Source of the DNA: a virus
Taxonomy: Duplodnaviria; Caudoviricetes
DNA: 64,000 nt
IMG/VR virus record: IMGVR_UViG_3300037722_001090
Direction: 5' to 3' (one strand)
This document shows positions 63,145 through 64,000 of the stretch, one piece after another. Within the stretch, counting starts at the first letter, position 1; each line of letters begins with the position of its first letter. The translations under genes were made by a program, and so were the position numbers. The notes below the pieces were generated by a model. It did not search any database. It had not been told where the DNA came from and saw nothing but the letters and a program-made list of their open reading frames with translations.

Positions 63145-63969
63145 TTAATCTCCTTCGTTAGCGATTAGTTCGCATTTATAAATAATGTCGTTAATTCTTT
63201 CATCTAGTTCTTCACTAGTTTCAAACCTTAATATACTAAGAATTTGTTTTTTTGTCAAGCCCATAATATCATAAAGATAAATTAAATATTTTTCATATGG
63301 ACTTAAACACTTCCAAATATCATCTTTTCTAGCCAATACAGATATATCATCAGCATCATATAGTGATAAAATAAGAGAGTCTTCATATTTAAGATTCTCT
63401 TTAGAGAAACTCATTCTATCAAGGACTTCATCAACTTGTTCATCTGGATCATTAAAGTTAATTGGTATATCTACTGCATTAGCCATACCTGCATCACGTG
63501 ATGTCTTTAAAACTAAGTCATGAATTTTAAATCTAGCGATTAACTGTATATAATAAATACAGTCACAGTCGCCTATTACATCCATGGACTTAATAGTTTT
63601 TATAAGTATCTCTACAGTTTGACTATAAATCTCTTCATAATCATATTTTCTCATTACCCATCTAACTCTAGCAATAGCCTTGTAATATGTCTCATGAGTA
63701 ACTTTAGCAGCTCTTTCTTCTGGAGTTAAAAACATACCAAGGAATTTTGCCATAAAAGGATTTATATGGATTTGCTGGTGTTTATTACCAGGAGAAAGCA
63801 TAATTGTAAATGAATTTACTATCCCCTCAAGATTCTTTAAAACCTCAAGAAGATCATTGTTATCATTAGTTTTTTTATACTTTTTAACTAAATCAGTAAC
63901 AACACTATATTCATTTTTTTCACGCTTCTTACTTCGTTTTCGGTTCGATGCTACGTTTGTTAGTTCCAT
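63145..63969 (-). CDS. Sigma70-family-like phage transcription factor
   Basis: 274 aa; region-2-like helices (DLVKKYKK...YDYEEIYSQTVEILIKTIK...YIQLIARFKIHD) and a region-4-like HTH (LSPYEKYLIYLYDIMGLTKKQILSIL). Confidence 0.6.
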   Translation of the reverse strand: MELTNVASNRKRSKKREKNEYSVVTDLVKKYKKTNDNNDLLEVLKNLEGIVNSFTIMLSPGNKHQQIHINPFMAKFLGMFLTPEERAAKVTHETYYKAIARVRWVMRKYDYEEIYSQTVEILIKTIKSMDVIGDCDCIYYIQLIARFKIHDLVLKTSRDAGMANAVDIPINFNDPDEQVDEVLDRMSFSKENLKYEDSLILSLYDADDISVLARKDDIWKCLSPYEKYLIYLYDIMGLTKKQILSILRFETSEELDERINDIIYKCELIANEGD

Positions 63970-64000
63970 TAGGTATCTTTTTAGTTACAAGCTTTCTACC

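Noticed and set aside
1-64000. Stop-codon reassignment (common in some large phages)
   Set aside because: Very long ORFs are intact under the standard code, and TAA, TAG and TGA all act as genuine gene ends next to coupled starts.

Overview
This window is a densely coding, AT-rich segment of a large (probably jumbo) contractile-tailed dsDNA bacteriophage, read in the standard genetic code. From 1 to ~58.5 kb on the + strand is one long virion-morphogenesis region. It holds neck genes, tail sheath, tail tube plus two tube-fold paralogues, two tail chaperones, three giant genes (1963, 1829 and 2471 aa), baseplate genes, a Cas4-like nuclease, tail fibres, a lysis cassette and a second fibre/chaperone pair. 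From ~58.5 kb to the end on the - strand are o-/i-spanins, a class II ribonucleotide reductase (nrdJ) split by a group I intron that carries a GIY-YIG endonuclease, a small DNA-binding-like protein, dUTPase and a sigma-factor-like protein. The most striking feature is the trio of giant genes in the tape-measure/baseplate-hub position, each carrying nucleic-acid enzyme motifs. The 1963-aa tape-measure-like protein starts with a DEDDh 3'-5' exonuclease motif set. The 1829-aa protein carries both beta-like and beta'-like motifs (RHPTL...ASDWDGD) of a single-chain two-barrel RNA polymerase. The 2471-aa baseplate-hub-like protein starts with an apparently intact staphylococcal-nuclease-like domain. 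All assignments come from motif recognition by eye; no database searches were run. Spanins point to a diderm host. No tRNA, rRNA or CRISPR array was seen.
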